Shown: piece after piece, positions 37,615 through 47,257 of the stretch
Position numbering within the stretch: the stretch's first letter is position 1
Layout: each line of letters begins with the position of its first letter
Assembly (NCBI GenBank): GCA_963768055.1
Contig: CAVYGN010000001.1
Location: 1,696,001-1,760,000 of the forward strand
Direction: 5' to 3'
Source: an uncultured Spirochaetota bacterium
GTDB taxonomy: Bacteria > Spirochaetota > Brevinematia > Brevinematales > JAOACQ01
Length of the DNA stretch: 64,000 bases
Made by a program: the position numbers and the translations under genes
Notes under the pieces: generated by a model
The model's input: only the letters and a program-made list of their open reading frames with translations
What the model was told of the DNA's origin: nothing
Databases searched by the model: none

Positions 37615-39366
37615 TTATGAATACATAGCATCGATTTCCTTTTTATATTTCCGTTCGATTATTTCCCGCCTTATCTTAAGCGTAGGGGTTAGTTCTCCTG
37701 TCTCTATGGATATCGGCGATTTTATGATCGTGAATTTCTGGACTTCTTCCGTATGGTGAAGATGAGTATTCATTTTTTCAATAAAATCCCGGACTTTTTT
37801 ACGGATAATCTCGCTATCCAGGAATTCTTCAGTCGAGGATCCGGCAAACCCGTTTTCTTTCTGCAGTTTCTTTACCTTTTCTATATTCGGGAAGATAAGA
37901 CAGCTTACAAACTTCCTGTTATCGGCAATAACCACGGCTGTATCGACCAGGTCGAGCTTCAGAAGGGCCGATTCGATCGGGATAGGGGGCACGTATTCTC
38001 CCGTCGATTTTTTAAAAAGCTCCTTCTTTCTTCCTACAATTTTAAGATAACCCTTCTCGTCGAAAGCCCCCAGATCTCCGGTATGCAGAAAACCATCTTT
38101 ATCGAGGGACTTTTCAGTTTCTTCCCTGTTATTAAGATATCCCATCATCACGTTCGGGCCCCTGGCGAGGATTTCCCCGTCCCCGGCAATTTTAACCGTC
38201 ACAGATGGGAAAGGCATGCCGACCGTTCCGAGTTTATGGTTTTCGACACTGTTTGCCGCTATAACGGGTGAGGCCTCTGTCAAGCCGTAGCCTTCATAAA
38301 TAGTAAGCCCGATATTTATAAAAAAACGCCCGATATCGTAAGGCATCGGCGCGGCTCCCGAGATGACGAAACGGAAATTCCCTCCCAGTGCCTCGTATAA
38401 CCTTGAATAAACAAGCTTTTTATATATAAAATCAAGGACATTTCTTGAAGAGGATTCCGCGTCCCTGGTTTCCGCCCTTGCGAATGCGGCCATTGCTATG
38501 GCCTTTTTAAGACCGCGGCTTTCAAGGGCGGTACTTTTCATCTTTTCATATATTTTTTCGAGGAGCCTTGGAACGACCGTCATCAGAGTCGGCTTAACGT
38601 CTCTTACTAAATCCCCGATCTTGTTGAGATCGTCCACGAAATATACGGGCAGGCCTCTCGAGAAGTAAAAATAAATGACCATTCTCTCGAAAATATGGGC
38701 AAGAGGCAGCGACGTTAGCGCCCTGTCTTCGCCGGCTTCCATGCTGAAAACCTGCGCCGCGGCTTTAACCTGGGAAATGATATTGCGGTGCGTCAGCATT
38801 ACGCCCTTCGGGATTCCCATACTGCCGCTGGTATAGATAATCGTAAAAAGATCGTCCTCTCCGGGGTTTGCAAATCCTTCCTTTTGCCGGCTTGCTTTAG
38901 AACCGGAATTGACGACGTCATCAAATGTGACGGCTATACTGTCTTTTTTATTGAAACCGATGGTCACTATCTTTTTTAATTTTTTCCCGGCCGATCTGAC
39001 CGGTTCATATTCCTTTTCATCCCCTATAACGATTGTTTTTATTGCGGAATCCCTGAGTTCGAATTCAAGGTTTTCAGGCGAGATCCTGTTGAAAATGGGA
39101 ACCGTTACTCCTCCCGCCAGAGTTATCGCCAGGTCCGACATAACCCAGAAAGGCGATGAGGGCGCTATAAGCCCGATATGATCTCCCTTGTGGACGCCGA
39201 GCTCCTTGAGCCCAAGAGCAAGATTCTCTGTTTTTTTCACGAACTCTTCCGTCGAAATATTTATCCAGGAGTCATCTTTTCGGTAATTCAGAAGATCGGG
39301 CCTTACATGAGTTTCTTTGATAAAATAAAACAATTCAGGAAGGGTGTTATAAGTTTTCGATTCCAT
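37615..39366 (-). CDS. fadD: Long-chain fatty acid-CoA ligase
   Basis: GGGAGG RBS. IIYTSGSMGIPKGVMLTH, LPLAHIFE, EGYGLTE, TGDLG, ELTPTLK. Confidence 0.9.
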   Translation of the reverse strand: MESKTYNTLPELFYFIKETHVRPDLLNYRKDDSWINISTEEFVKKTENLALGLKELGVHKGDHIGLIAPSSPFWVMSDLAITLAGGVTVPIFNRISPENLEFELRDSAIKTIVIGDEKEYEPVRSAGKKLKKIVTIGFNKKDSIAVTFDDVVNSGSKASRQKEGFANPGEDDLFTIIYTSGSMGIPKGVMLTHRNIISQVKAAAQVFSMEAGEDRALTSLPLAHIFERMVIYFYFSRGLPVYFVDDLNKIGDLVRDVKPTLMTVVPRLLEKIYEKMKSTALESRGLKKAIAMAAFARAETRDAESSSRNVLDFIYKKLVYSRLYEALGGNFRFVISGAAPMPYDIGRFFINIGLTIYEGYGLTEASPVIAANSVENHKLGTVGMPFPSVTVKIAGDGEILARGPNVMMGYLNNREETEKSLDKDGFLHTGDLGAFDEKGYLKIVGRKKELFKKSTGEYVPPIPIESALLKLDLVDTAVVIADNRKFVSCLIFPNIEKVKKLQKENGFAGSSTEEFLDSEIIRKKVRDFIEKMNTHLHHTEEVQKFTIIKSPISIETGELTPTLKIRREIIERKYKKEIDAMYS

Positions 39367-39567
39367 ATATCCTCCCGCAGACATCGGCCTCTATTTACAA
39401 TATTAAAATAGTAAAAGAGGGATTCATAGTCAAATCATGAAGCGGGAGTAATCCGGGATAAGTCGATTAATTTTCAGGGTCGAATGAACTCTGACCCGTC
39501 AATATCTGCAGATATTTTTCAGTCAAACGCTTGCATAAGATCATACCTCCTTTTTTTAATTCCAAAA

Positions 39568-39711
39568 TTATTTTCCGGATTTGACCGAAAATTTTCTTCC
39601 CTCTTTCCAGCAATTCCCGATCGGATTTCCAAGCGACCAGTATTTAACGCCGTTCATATCGAAAAGCAGCGGTTTGACCTTAGACAGGTCTATTTTGCCT
39701 GCAGTAAGAAT
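39568..39711 (-). pseudogene. C-terminal remnant of a flavin reductase/flavoredoxin gene
   Basis: ILTAGKIDLSKVKPLLFDMNGVKYWSLGNPIGNCWKEGRK..* resembles the flavoredoxin C-terminus. There is an in-frame stop just upstream and no start codon at its 5' end. Confidence 0.6.
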
Positions 39712-39729
39712 ATAAAATTAGACGAAAAA

Positions 39730-40176
39730 CTATTCCTCTTCCGGTTTTCCTGTATTTCCTTCCAGCATTGTTGAAGCCCTGTCGATTCTTGAAATTAATT
39801 CACCGGCTTCGGTTTCTCCCAGAACGGCTATATACCGGTTGTGGAGATTTTCCCGGCACCGGAGGATTTCGCTGTCCAGAGACCGCCCTTTTTCCGTCGG
39901 AAAAACATTTTTAACTTTACCGTCTGTTTTCCGCCGGGCTAATCCCATATTTTCCAGCTTGTCGACAAACCTTGTTATAGTCGACGGTGTGAGCCTTGGC
40001 TGCTTCCCCAGTTCGATTTGTTTAATACCTTCCCGCCCGTTGATAATCATCAGCGCAAAAACGTATGATGGGGAAAGCCCGGTCTTCAGGAATTCCTCTT
40101 CGGCGATCCGGTTAGCTATATGCCCCAGCCTGTTTGCCGTAAAGTACATGCAATTGCAAAAATACTGTTCAACCAT
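39730..40176 (-). CDS. MarR family transcriptional regulator
   Basis: C.YFTANRL, GLSPSY, LTPSTITRFVDKLE..GL..R, TEKG. Confidence 0.9.
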   Translation of the reverse strand: MVEQYFCNCMYFTANRLGHIANRIAEEEFLKTGLSPSYVFALMIINGREGIKQIELGKQPRLTPSTITRFVDKLENMGLARRKTDGKVKNVFPTEKGRSLDSEILRCRENLHNRYIAVLGETEAGELISRIDRASTMLEGNTGKPEEE

Positions 40177-40189
40177 TTTACCCCTTTGT

Positions 40190-40201
40190 TTGTACATACA
40201 A
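40190..40201. promoter_or_regulatory. Putative MarR operator
   Basis: TTGTA-CA-TACAA palindrome at the downstream edge of the marR -10 (TATAAT on minus strand), just upstream of its RBS. Confidence 0.5.
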
Positions 40202-40266
40202 TTATATGTTATTTTCAAGCGTTAAATCAATACAAAATTACAACTTTAAAAATATTTATAAAATTA

Positions 40267-40295
40267 TTGACATTTATAAAAGTACTTTGTATAAT
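40267..40295 (+). promoter_or_regulatory. Perfect sigma70 promoter
   Basis: TTGACA 40267-40272, 17 nt spacer, TATAAT 40290-40295. Confidence 0.7.
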
Positions 40296-40343
40296 AAAGT
40301 GCTGATTACGAGGAGAAATTAAAAACCGATAGCACCGATAGGC

Positions 40344-40610
40344 ATGGATTTGTTGCAAGGGACACATCCGAATCAAATTTTTTTAAAACTTAATGAGGTC
40401 AATGAAGCTGTAAATTTGTCAGGTGGAAAATATTACGAGTGGAGAATCCGATTCCTGCGGGGAGCTTTCTATATGAATCTTCCCGATTTATTTAAAAAAA
40501 GGGATACGGCAATCGACGATTTCAAATTTGTTAAAGCGGAATTTAATAAAAATACTAACAACCAGGATATTGAGAGGGTCATGGGAAAGGTTTATTCATA
40601 TCTTAAATAA
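40344..40610 (+). CDS. Small hypothetical ORF or degraded gene (alternative start ATG 40473)
   Basis: Open frame downstream of a strong promoter. No recognisable domain. Confidence 0.3.
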   Translation: MDLLQGTHPNQIFLKLNEVNEAVNLSGGKYYEWRIRFLRGAFYMNLPDLFKKRDTAIDDFKFVKAEFNKNTNNQDIERVMGKVYSYLK

Positions 40611-40684
40611 TAACAAGGGCGGGGTATACCCGCCCTGAAAGGCGGATGCTTCTGCAGGATAATAAATTTAAAGGAGAGTTTAGC

Positions 40685-41155
40685 ATGATATTCTTACTAT
40701 TTTGGATCATCGGGTTGATTACCGGAATAACAACTACAATTTTAAATCCGTCATTGAGAGACATGACTTCGATATCGATAAATTTATTGTTTTATCAATT
40801 GACCTTGACAGTAACCATGTCCGGAATTTCAGGATTTTTCGGTCATGTATTCTTTTCAGACAAAATTGCAGAATCCATAGGCTGGCCCAAAGGCAATCTT
40901 TTCCAAAAAGAGCTGGGTTTTGCAGAATTAGGTTATATTATTTTAGGAATTCTATGCAATTATTTCAGGGGAAACTTCTGGCTTGCGTCAATTATCGCCT
41001 TTTCTTCACTGTTTTTAGGAGCAGCTATCATTCATATTATTGAAATGATCCTGAAAAAGAATTTTAAGCCCAATAATGCGATTGTTGTTATTCCGGATTT
41101 ATTAATACCGGCCACCCTGATAATTCTATCGATAACAGCTAATTTATGGAAATAA
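40685..41155 (+). CDS. Integral membrane protein (DUF6790-like)
   Basis: AGGAG RBS. GH.F....IAESIGW..G..FQ.E.GFA motif. Several TM helices. Lower GC than flanks. Confidence 0.7.
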   Translation: MIFLLFWIIGLITGITTTILNPSLRDMTSISINLLFYQLTLTVTMSGISGFFGHVFFSDKIAESIGWPKGNLFQKELGFAELGYIILGILCNYFRGNFWLASIIAFSSLFLGAAIIHIIEMILKKNFKPNNAIVVIPDLLIPATLIILSITANLWK

Positions 41156-41173
41156 TATCCATATAGGCCGGCC

Positions 41174-42880
41174 TCAATCTCCTCCCTGGGACTCGGTCAG
41201 GCTGACATTCCGTATATAAATCGTGGGCTTCTCTGTAGCGCAGTCAAACTCGATCTTCGCATTATCGTCGGTTCCCAGGGATTTGAATTCAAAGTTAATA
41301 GTCTGCCATTCGGTAGTGGAATCGCAACGCTTGGAGTTAAAATATGGTTTCCAGTCGGGTTTGCTTCTCCCGATCTTGATAAAAAATTTGCGGTCTTCGT
41401 CGGACCTGACGTCGAAGGACAGGGTATAAATCCTGCCGTATTTCACCGGAACAGGGTTATAATTTACCTGTACTCCCCAGGAATTCAAATCCCTGTTATC
41501 AACCATAATAGTTAATGTATTGGAAGAAATATTAATACTGCCTTTTCCAGGTGCATCTTGAAATAACCACCATTTTCCCGGAGTCTCGGCGGCCGCATAG
41601 CTGCCGTCGGGAAAGTATCCTGCAGGTATAAGGTTGTTTGAAACGATTCTGAGCGTTTCCGGCTTCGGCGGCTTATTATTTTCAGCCGACCTCGTATTTG
41701 AAAATTTATCCTCAATATCCAGGGCTATCTCATGGATTTCCTTGAAAACCCCGTCTTCTTTGCAGGAAGGCGTTTCCGCCAACAGGATTTCACCGGTTTC
41801 CAGGTCCAGGAGGCGGATGTCCATTGAAATATACTTGAAAGCGCTGTTGATGACTCCTATGACGGCCAGTTTCGCGTTCAGTTGTTTCCCGAGTTTTTTC
41901 CTCGCCTCGTTACCGGCTTCGGATGTTAAATCCGCCCTATCGATCCGGGCCTCTTGCAGTATGTTGCTTAACTGTGTGCCGGGTATTACCTCGAAAAGGC
42001 CGGCCTTCGATATTTCAGTCCTCAGGGCTTTCGTCAATGCTATAAGGTCCTTTTCATCGGCCCCTGATTGAGATTTGAATTTCAGGATAGCTATCTTCAT
42101 TTTGCCTGTTTGTTTCGGACCTGTTTCTGGCGAGGGATTCGGGTTATAGGTGATATTGACTGTCAGGCCGTCGCCTATCGATACATTCGTCCTGTATATC
42201 ACTTTTTCAGTAGCCGGCACGGAAAGGGTTATATCGAGGGGCTCTTCGGCGATCTCGATGTCGCTGTAGCTGTCGGACTTAGAGATCTTTTTCATAAATT
42301 TCCCGTTTATTCCGAGTTTGTAGGCGTTGGTATCCTCGATCTCAACCTCCAGCCTGCCCATCTTTATGGTCCTTCCCGTAATAAGGGTCGAAACGTTGCG
42401 GATCATCCTGTCGACGGTGTCGAATAGTTCTGGGCCCGCCTCTCCGGTGTACTTCCTCTGCAGTTTCATCGCGGCTGATACGGTGTCGTAGACATAGACG
42501 TTTATAATCACAGTCCCCTTTTTATGGTCCACGGCATAGTCGCCGGAAACGACCTGGCTCACAGCGAGGGAAAGGCCCATGTCGACGGCGGCGTCCGGGC
42601 TGAAACTTTTGGATTCCCAGTATTTATTGTCCGCGGCAGCCTTTCCCACGGCTTCGTAGGAAGTGATGTTTATTTCAGGGATTTTGGAAAGGAAGGTAAT
42701 AAGAGACCTCGTGATCGTTTTATTGACGCTTGCATCGAATTTGCCGCCCAGGTTTATGAAGCCCAGGACCGCTATCGATCTGGATTCCTGTGCAAAGACG
42801 GCTGAGGAAAAGCAGGTTTTAAGTAAAAAGGCGGCAGCAATAAATAGGTACTTCAACGATGCTTTTTGTAGTATAGACAT
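41174..42880 (-). CDS. Exported TolB-N-like + CsgG-like + CBM4/9 mosaic protein
   Basis: GGAGG RBS and signal peptide. N-domain is homologous to 5154..6653. Middle KIAILKF..GLFEVI..LGKQLNA is homologous to 3410..4465. C-term NLIPAG.F..WGVQV..YTLSFDVRS..IYIRNVSL is the CBM. Confidence 0.75.
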   Translation of the reverse strand: MSILQKASLKYLFIAAAFLLKTCFSSAVFAQESRSIAVLGFINLGGKFDASVNKTITRSLITFLSKIPEINITSYEAVGKAAADNKYWESKSFSPDAAVDMGLSLAVSQVVSGDYAVDHKKGTVIINVYVYDTVSAAMKLQRKYTGEAGPELFDTVDRMIRNVSTLITGRTIKMGRLEVEIEDTNAYKLGINGKFMKKISKSDSYSDIEIAEEPLDITLSVPATEKVIYRTNVSIGDGLTVNITYNPNPSPETGPKQTGKMKIAILKFKSQSGADEKDLIALTKALRTEISKAGLFEVIPGTQLSNILQEARIDRADLTSEAGNEARKKLGKQLNAKLAVIGVINSAFKYISMDIRLLDLETGEILLAETPSCKEDGVFKEIHEIALDIEDKFSNTRSAENNKPPKPETLRIVSNNLIPAGYFPDGSYAAAETPGKWWLFQDAPGKGSINISSNTLTIMVDNRDLNSWGVQVNYNPVPVKYGRIYTLSFDVRSDEDRKFFIKIGRSKPDWKPYFNSKRCDSTTEWQTINFEFKSLGTDDNAKIEFDCATEKPTIYIRNVSLTESQGGD

Positions 42881-43041
42881 ATATCATGCCTCCTTTCATT
42901 ACTGTAGTATTATATTGCAGTAGCGATATTTTGACAATAGGGCTGCCGGCGTTTTTTAACACAAATAAAACACGGTATCATGTAACTTTTATTTCCCTCC
43001 TGCGATATATTTTATGGAACAAATTTATTCGGAGGTATGAA

Positions 43042-43436
43042 ATGTCAAAATTCAGGCAATTGGCTTTATCCTCTCTCGTGGCGCTTTTCTGTGTAAGCTA
43101 CGTATTTGCTGCCAGTGATAAGATGATTTCCAGGCGGGAGATTAAAACCACCGCGGTTGTGATCGCGCGATAATACTTTTCAGATCCGGCGAATTCGTGC
43201 GCTCTTTGAACCAGACTATACGCGCAAGGCGGCTTGCTTTTATGGCCATACAGGCCAACAAGGGAAGAGTTTCCAAGCAGGAGATTAGCGAAGTAAATAA
43301 GTCCAAGGTTCCTTCCGACGACGAGATTGACTCCGATTTCCAGAAAAACGCTCCGCAGGAAGATGTTAAGGACGAAGAGGTCGCAAAAAAGGAACCCGCT
43401 AAGGTACAGGCCGATATCGATGTCCAGATTAAATAA
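43042..43436 (+). pseudogene. Frameshifted / internally deleted exported helical protein
   Basis: GGAGG RBS and signal peptide MSKFRQLAL.., stop at 43171-43173. Coding-like sequence continues in another frame (IILFRSGEF..ARRLAFMAIQANKG..PSDDEID..IK*) and is followed by a terminator. Confidence 0.6.
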
Positions 43437-43462
43437 TTTAAATAAACGAAATTAGAAAATGC

Positions 43463-43492
43463 AGCCCCGCTCCATTGAGCGGGGCTTTTTTT
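43463..43492 (+). terminator. Intrinsic terminator
   Basis: AGCCCCGCTC-CATT-GAGCGGGGCT followed by a T-run. Confidence 0.85.
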
Positions 43493-43494
43493 AT

Positions 43495-43664
43495 TGAAAA
43501 GGATTTCCGGCAACCTGGCGAAATTTCCCTGAGCTTCAAGCCGGTTTCCCGTAAATCCATGATACATAATAATGAAAGGATAATTTTTGTCTTCCGGACC
43601 AGGGATATGGACCATACCTCTTAATATCCGGGCCATCACTTATAATCTCAGTATACTTCCGCAT
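43495..43664 (-). pseudogene. Truncated and frameshifted alpha/beta hydrolase N-terminus
   Basis: MRKYTEIISDG|RILRGMVHIP..PFIIMYHGFTGNRLE..FARL. Extra base near 43631. Similarity ends at the terminator, and there is no GxSxG. Confidence 0.65.
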
Positions 43665-43762
43665 AATTTTCCTTAAAAAATTTTTATTATAAAATAAATT
43701 TTACTGGAATTACAAGTTAACAACCTGTAACCACAGATTATTGTCTGACTCCGTACCGTTTT

Positions 43763-44515
43763 TCAAGATTTTTTTACTATACGCTTCTTTTTGAATTCTT
43801 CCCAGAGGGCATGGAATGCGGCCGATCCCCTCGATTTGAGGGAGCGGACGGCAACCGGTTTCCTGATTATACCCATTTTTTCTATTTCGGAAAGATACGG
43901 TATGTAATTTTCACAGATCCCCGGTAAGGTTTTTGATAATTCTTCCATACTTTCATGGTGTATTTTCTTACGTTTTTCCACCATTGAAAAGAACGGTACG
44001 ATGACAGATTCGTTAAGTCCGTTTTCCCTGTAAAATTCAACGATCTGGAGATAAGTACGCTTTGAAAGAGGTGTAGGGATTATTGGCACAAGCAGTATGT
44101 CGGCTGCATAGAAAACATTCTCCGAAAGCAGGGAAATACTTGGAGGGCAGTCCAAAAAGACAATATCAAAGCCCTTCAGAGTTTTCATTATTTCGGCCAG
44201 TTTTCTCCTGGATTTTTTTACATCGTCGAGAAGAATATCCAGATTCCTCAGGGAAAAATCCGAAGGCAGTATGCATAGGTTTTCATAGTCGGTCTTTTTG
44301 ACATAATCGGATATTTCCTCTTTCCCGGATATGACCTTCTTGAGGCTTACCTCCATCCCCTGTTTTTTATGCAGGTAAAAAGTGGAGGATCCCTGAGGGT
44401 CTATATCCCATAACAGGGTTTTATATCCGTCTTTAGCCGACAGGTATGCCAGATTAACTGTCGAAGAGGTTTTCCCGACCCCGCCCTTGATATTGTAAAC
44501 CCCAACCGATATCAT
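43763..44515 (-). CDS. ParA/Soj family ATPase (orphan)
   Basis: KGGVGKTSS, DIDPQGSST, LDCPPS. Confidence 0.9.
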   Translation of the reverse strand: MISVGVYNIKGGVGKTSSTVNLAYLSAKDGYKTLLWDIDPQGSSTFYLHKKQGMEVSLKKVISGKEEISDYVKKTDYENLCILPSDFSLRNLDILLDDVKKSRRKLAEIMKTLKGFDIVFLDCPPSISLLSENVFYAADILLVPIIPTPLSKRTYLQIVEFYRENGLNESVIVPFFSMVEKRKKIHHESMEELSKTLPGICENYIPYLSEIEKMGIIRKPVAVRSLKSRGSAAFHALWEEFKKKRIVKKS

Positions 44516-44531
44516 AAGCTCTCCCTGGTTT

Positions 44532-44840
44532 TTATTTGGAAACGATGCCGAAATTTTTCCAGGATTTCCTGGGAAAATTCTTCTGCACGAATTTTTTAGC
44601 CTCTTTTAATAATTTTCCTATATTTTCAAGATGACCGCTTAACTCGTTCTTTTTTTTATCTATTTTAACTTTAAGGGCTTCAATATCGGAATTAATGCCG
44701 TTCGATAAATTAAGCGCTGTTTCCACTTCTGTAATGAGTTTTTTATTGAACGCCTGATTGCCGGGATTTTCATTATATGATTTTACTCCCTCCAGGAAAA
44801 TCCTGGCCGATTCCATTTTTCCAGCTGATTTTTTCTGCAT
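44532..44840 (-). CDS. Hypothetical coiled-coil protein
   Basis: GGAGG RBS before ATG 44840. Helical, ends EAKK.V...P..SWK.FGI. Confidence 0.65.
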   Translation of the reverse strand: MQKKSAGKMESARIFLEGVKSYNENPGNQAFNKKLITEVETALNLSNGINSDIEALKVKIDKKKNELSGHLENIGKLLKEAKKFVQKNFPRKSWKNFGIVSK

Positions 44841-45195
44841 GAGAGATCCTCCGCAATTTAATATATTATGACTCATTTTATAATTATGGCAATCCATTTG
44901 TGAAGATTTAATGAATTAATAATTAATTTTATATTAATTTAATAATGTCAGGAACTGGCCGGCAAGTTAATTAAAGACAATATGCAATTATAAATGAAGT
45001 TAATTTTTTTACGCGCATTATGATGTGCCGTTTTGAACTGATACGGCTCATACCCTTCGGGCACAAGCGCTCTCGAGCCCTGCTCGATAAAAATTGATTT
45101 CATCCAGAAGAATGTTGTTTGATCGCCCCCCTTGACTTTAGTCCATAAACATACATATATTCTATTGTAAAATGACATTTTGGGGAGGATATCAT

Positions 45196-45666
45196 ATGAA
45201 AACTCAAAAGCTGATTTTACGATTGTTTATAATAGGGGCGCTGTTTTCTCTTTTACCGGTCACAACTGTAGCATCCGGAGGAGGTGCAAACCAGGGTATT
45301 ACATTTGCCGAAACTTCCAAATCGCTCTACGATAAAGGTGTCAAAGCCGACAAGGCCGGCGATGAAAAAAGCGCATTACAATATTTTCAAAAGGCATTGG
45401 AGCTGGATAAAAACAACCCTGAAATACTCAATATGCTTGCACACAGCCAGCGGAAACTTGGATTGATAGATGAAGCTCTTGAAAATTACTGGAAAGCGCT
45501 GAAAATCAAGCCGGATTTTCCCGAGGCAAGGGAGTATTTAGGCGAGGCTTATATACAGGCAGCTCTCAAGGAAATAGAAATATTAAAGGGTTATGGAAAA
45601 TCCGGAGATGAACAGAGGGACGACCTTATAAAAGCCCTGCAGGATGCGGCGGCAAACGTTAAATAA
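45196..45666 (+). CDS. Exported tetratricopeptide repeat protein
   Basis: Signal peptide. YFQKALELD.NNPE..N.LA and KALKIKPDFPEAREYLGEAY. Confidence 0.88.
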   Translation: MKTQKLILRLFIIGALFSLLPVTTVASGGGANQGITFAETSKSLYDKGVKADKAGDEKSALQYFQKALELDKNNPEILNMLAHSQRKLGLIDEALENYWKALKIKPDFPEAREYLGEAYIQAALKEIEILKGYGKSGDEQRDDLIKALQDAAANVK

Positions 45667-45689
45667 GGGAATTGAAAAGGAGGGTTTAT

Positions 45690-46178
45690 ATGGACCGGCT
45701 TAAACCAAAGAGCCCGGCTGAAAGCGCCGTGGAGTCGAGATATGTCCTTATGCCGCAAAACGCAAATCATCTGGGAACGGCTTTCGGGGGGACTATTATG
45801 TCATGGATAGATATGATCGCAGGAATGGCGGCAACGCGGCACTCGGGAACCCTGACCGTTACTGCCGGGATCGATTCCATAACCTTCCTCACCCCGATTT
45901 ATATAGGCGAACAGGTGGTAATAAAATCCAGGGTTAATTATGTCGGTAACACTTCTCTCGAGGTCGGGGTGCAGGTTACCAAGGAAAACCCGGGGACCGG
46001 AGAGGTTTCCAAAACGACAAGCGCCTATCTGACCTTTGTCGCACTTGATGACAATAAAAAACCGGTAAAAGTACCTGAATTGGTCCTTCTGACCGATGAG
46101 GACAGGCGACGATATGAAAATGCGAAATTAAGGGTGCAGGCCCGCAAGGAACTGCTCATGAAAATGGAAAAAAGATAA
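45690..46178 (+). CDS. Acyl-CoA thioesterase (hotdog fold, YciA-like)
   Basis: PQNANHLGTAFGG..MSWID, VGNTSLEVGV, AYLTFVALD. Confidence 0.92.
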   Translation: MDRLKPKSPAESAVESRYVLMPQNANHLGTAFGGTIMSWIDMIAGMAATRHSGTLTVTAGIDSITFLTPIYIGEQVVIKSRVNYVGNTSLEVGVQVTKENPGTGEVSKTTSAYLTFVALDDNKKPVKVPELVLLTDEDRRRYENAKLRVQARKELLMKMEKR

Positions 46179-46194
46179 GATTTTAGAGGAATTT

Positions 46195-47025
46195 ATGATC
46201 AATGACAAATATACTATTGTCAATGGAATAAAAACATTTTATATTGAAGAAGAGTCCCGGGTCAACGGTGTATTGCCGGATATCCTGTTTATTCATGGAT
46301 TTTTATCTCGAGGGCAGAGTTTCGATAAACTCATGAACGGCCTTTCCGGAAAATACCATAGCTATGCGCCCGATCTCCCCGGATGCGGGGCTTCGGAGGA
46401 CCCTAAAAAATTCAAGCCCGGTTTTGAGAGTTACGGCTCTTTCCTCAATGATTTTTGCAGGGAACTCGGAATTAAACGTACCGTCCTGGCCGGAGATTCT
46501 ATGGGCGGTGCCATTTCAATCATGATGGCGGTAATGTACCCGGAACTTGTCGAGAAAGTGATTCTTATAGATTCGGTTTCTTATAATATGAAACCGAATG
46601 TTTCGACGAAGATCGCGTTAATTCCTCTCCTGGGATCATTCATTTTTAGAAAACTCTTTAACTGGAATATGTTTAAATCTTTATTCATGAAGGACATTTA
46701 TGTTGAAAATTCGAAGATCGATCAGGCCGAACTGTATGAAAATTATAAACTCTTCGACAATCCTTCAAGAAGGGAATTTACTTATCGCATTATGAGATCG
46801 GTAACCTATTCCGCTGAAGTCGAAGCGGTCATTACTAAGGTAAAACAACCGGTACTTGTCATCTGGGGGGAATCGGATAGAATGCTCCCGCTCGATAATG
46901 CAAAAAGACTTTCAAAGGACATCAAAAACGCAAAGCTGGTTATCATCCCGGGAGCCGGCCATGCCTCTTTTGACGAGAACCCTGAAATGGCTATAGAAGC
47001 CATCCTGGAATTTTTACAGAAATGA
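46195..47025 (+). CDS. Alpha/beta hydrolase
   Basis: FIHGF, DLPGCGAS, GDSMGG, IWGESD, GAGH. Confidence 0.9.
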   Translation: MINDKYTIVNGIKTFYIEEESRVNGVLPDILFIHGFLSRGQSFDKLMNGLSGKYHSYAPDLPGCGASEDPKKFKPGFESYGSFLNDFCRELGIKRTVLAGDSMGGAISIMMAVMYPELVEKVILIDSVSYNMKPNVSTKIALIPLLGSFIFRKLFNWNMFKSLFMKDIYVENSKIDQAELYENYKLFDNPSRREFTYRIMRSVTYSAEVEAVITKVKQPVLVIWGESDRMLPLDNAKRLSKDIKNAKLVIIPGAGHASFDENPEMAIEAILEFLQK

Positions 47026-47045
47026 AAATTTAATAAAGGAACATC

Positions 47046-47143
47046 ATCGCAAAGACGCCGGGAGCTTGTCCCTGAACCCTGTGAAGGGGCGCAAAGAATG
47101 GAAAAGCTTTGCGCCCTTCGTTCCCCTTTGCGGCCTTTGCGGT
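47046..47143. repeat. REP-like nested palindromic element
   Basis: Inner arms GAAGGGGCGCAAAG / CTTTGCGCCCTTC; outer arms CGCAAAG / CTTTGCG. Confidence 0.55.
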
Positions 47144-47257
47144 AAAACCCCTATGAAGAAACTATAAGAACACAAAGACAGAGGAAAACACTTTATTTTA
47201 ATTAAAAACTATTGCTTATTATAAAACTTTGGGTAAAATTATATGAGGAGGCCTGCC

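Noticed and set aside
39440..39550. GGAGG followed by mini-ORF MQAFD* on the minus strand
   Set aside because: Possibly another gene remnant, but too short to assign.
43142..43639. 165-aa minus-strand ORF as a real gene
   Set aside because: It is a chimera of the hydrolase stub reading through a terminator into the antisense of another gene.
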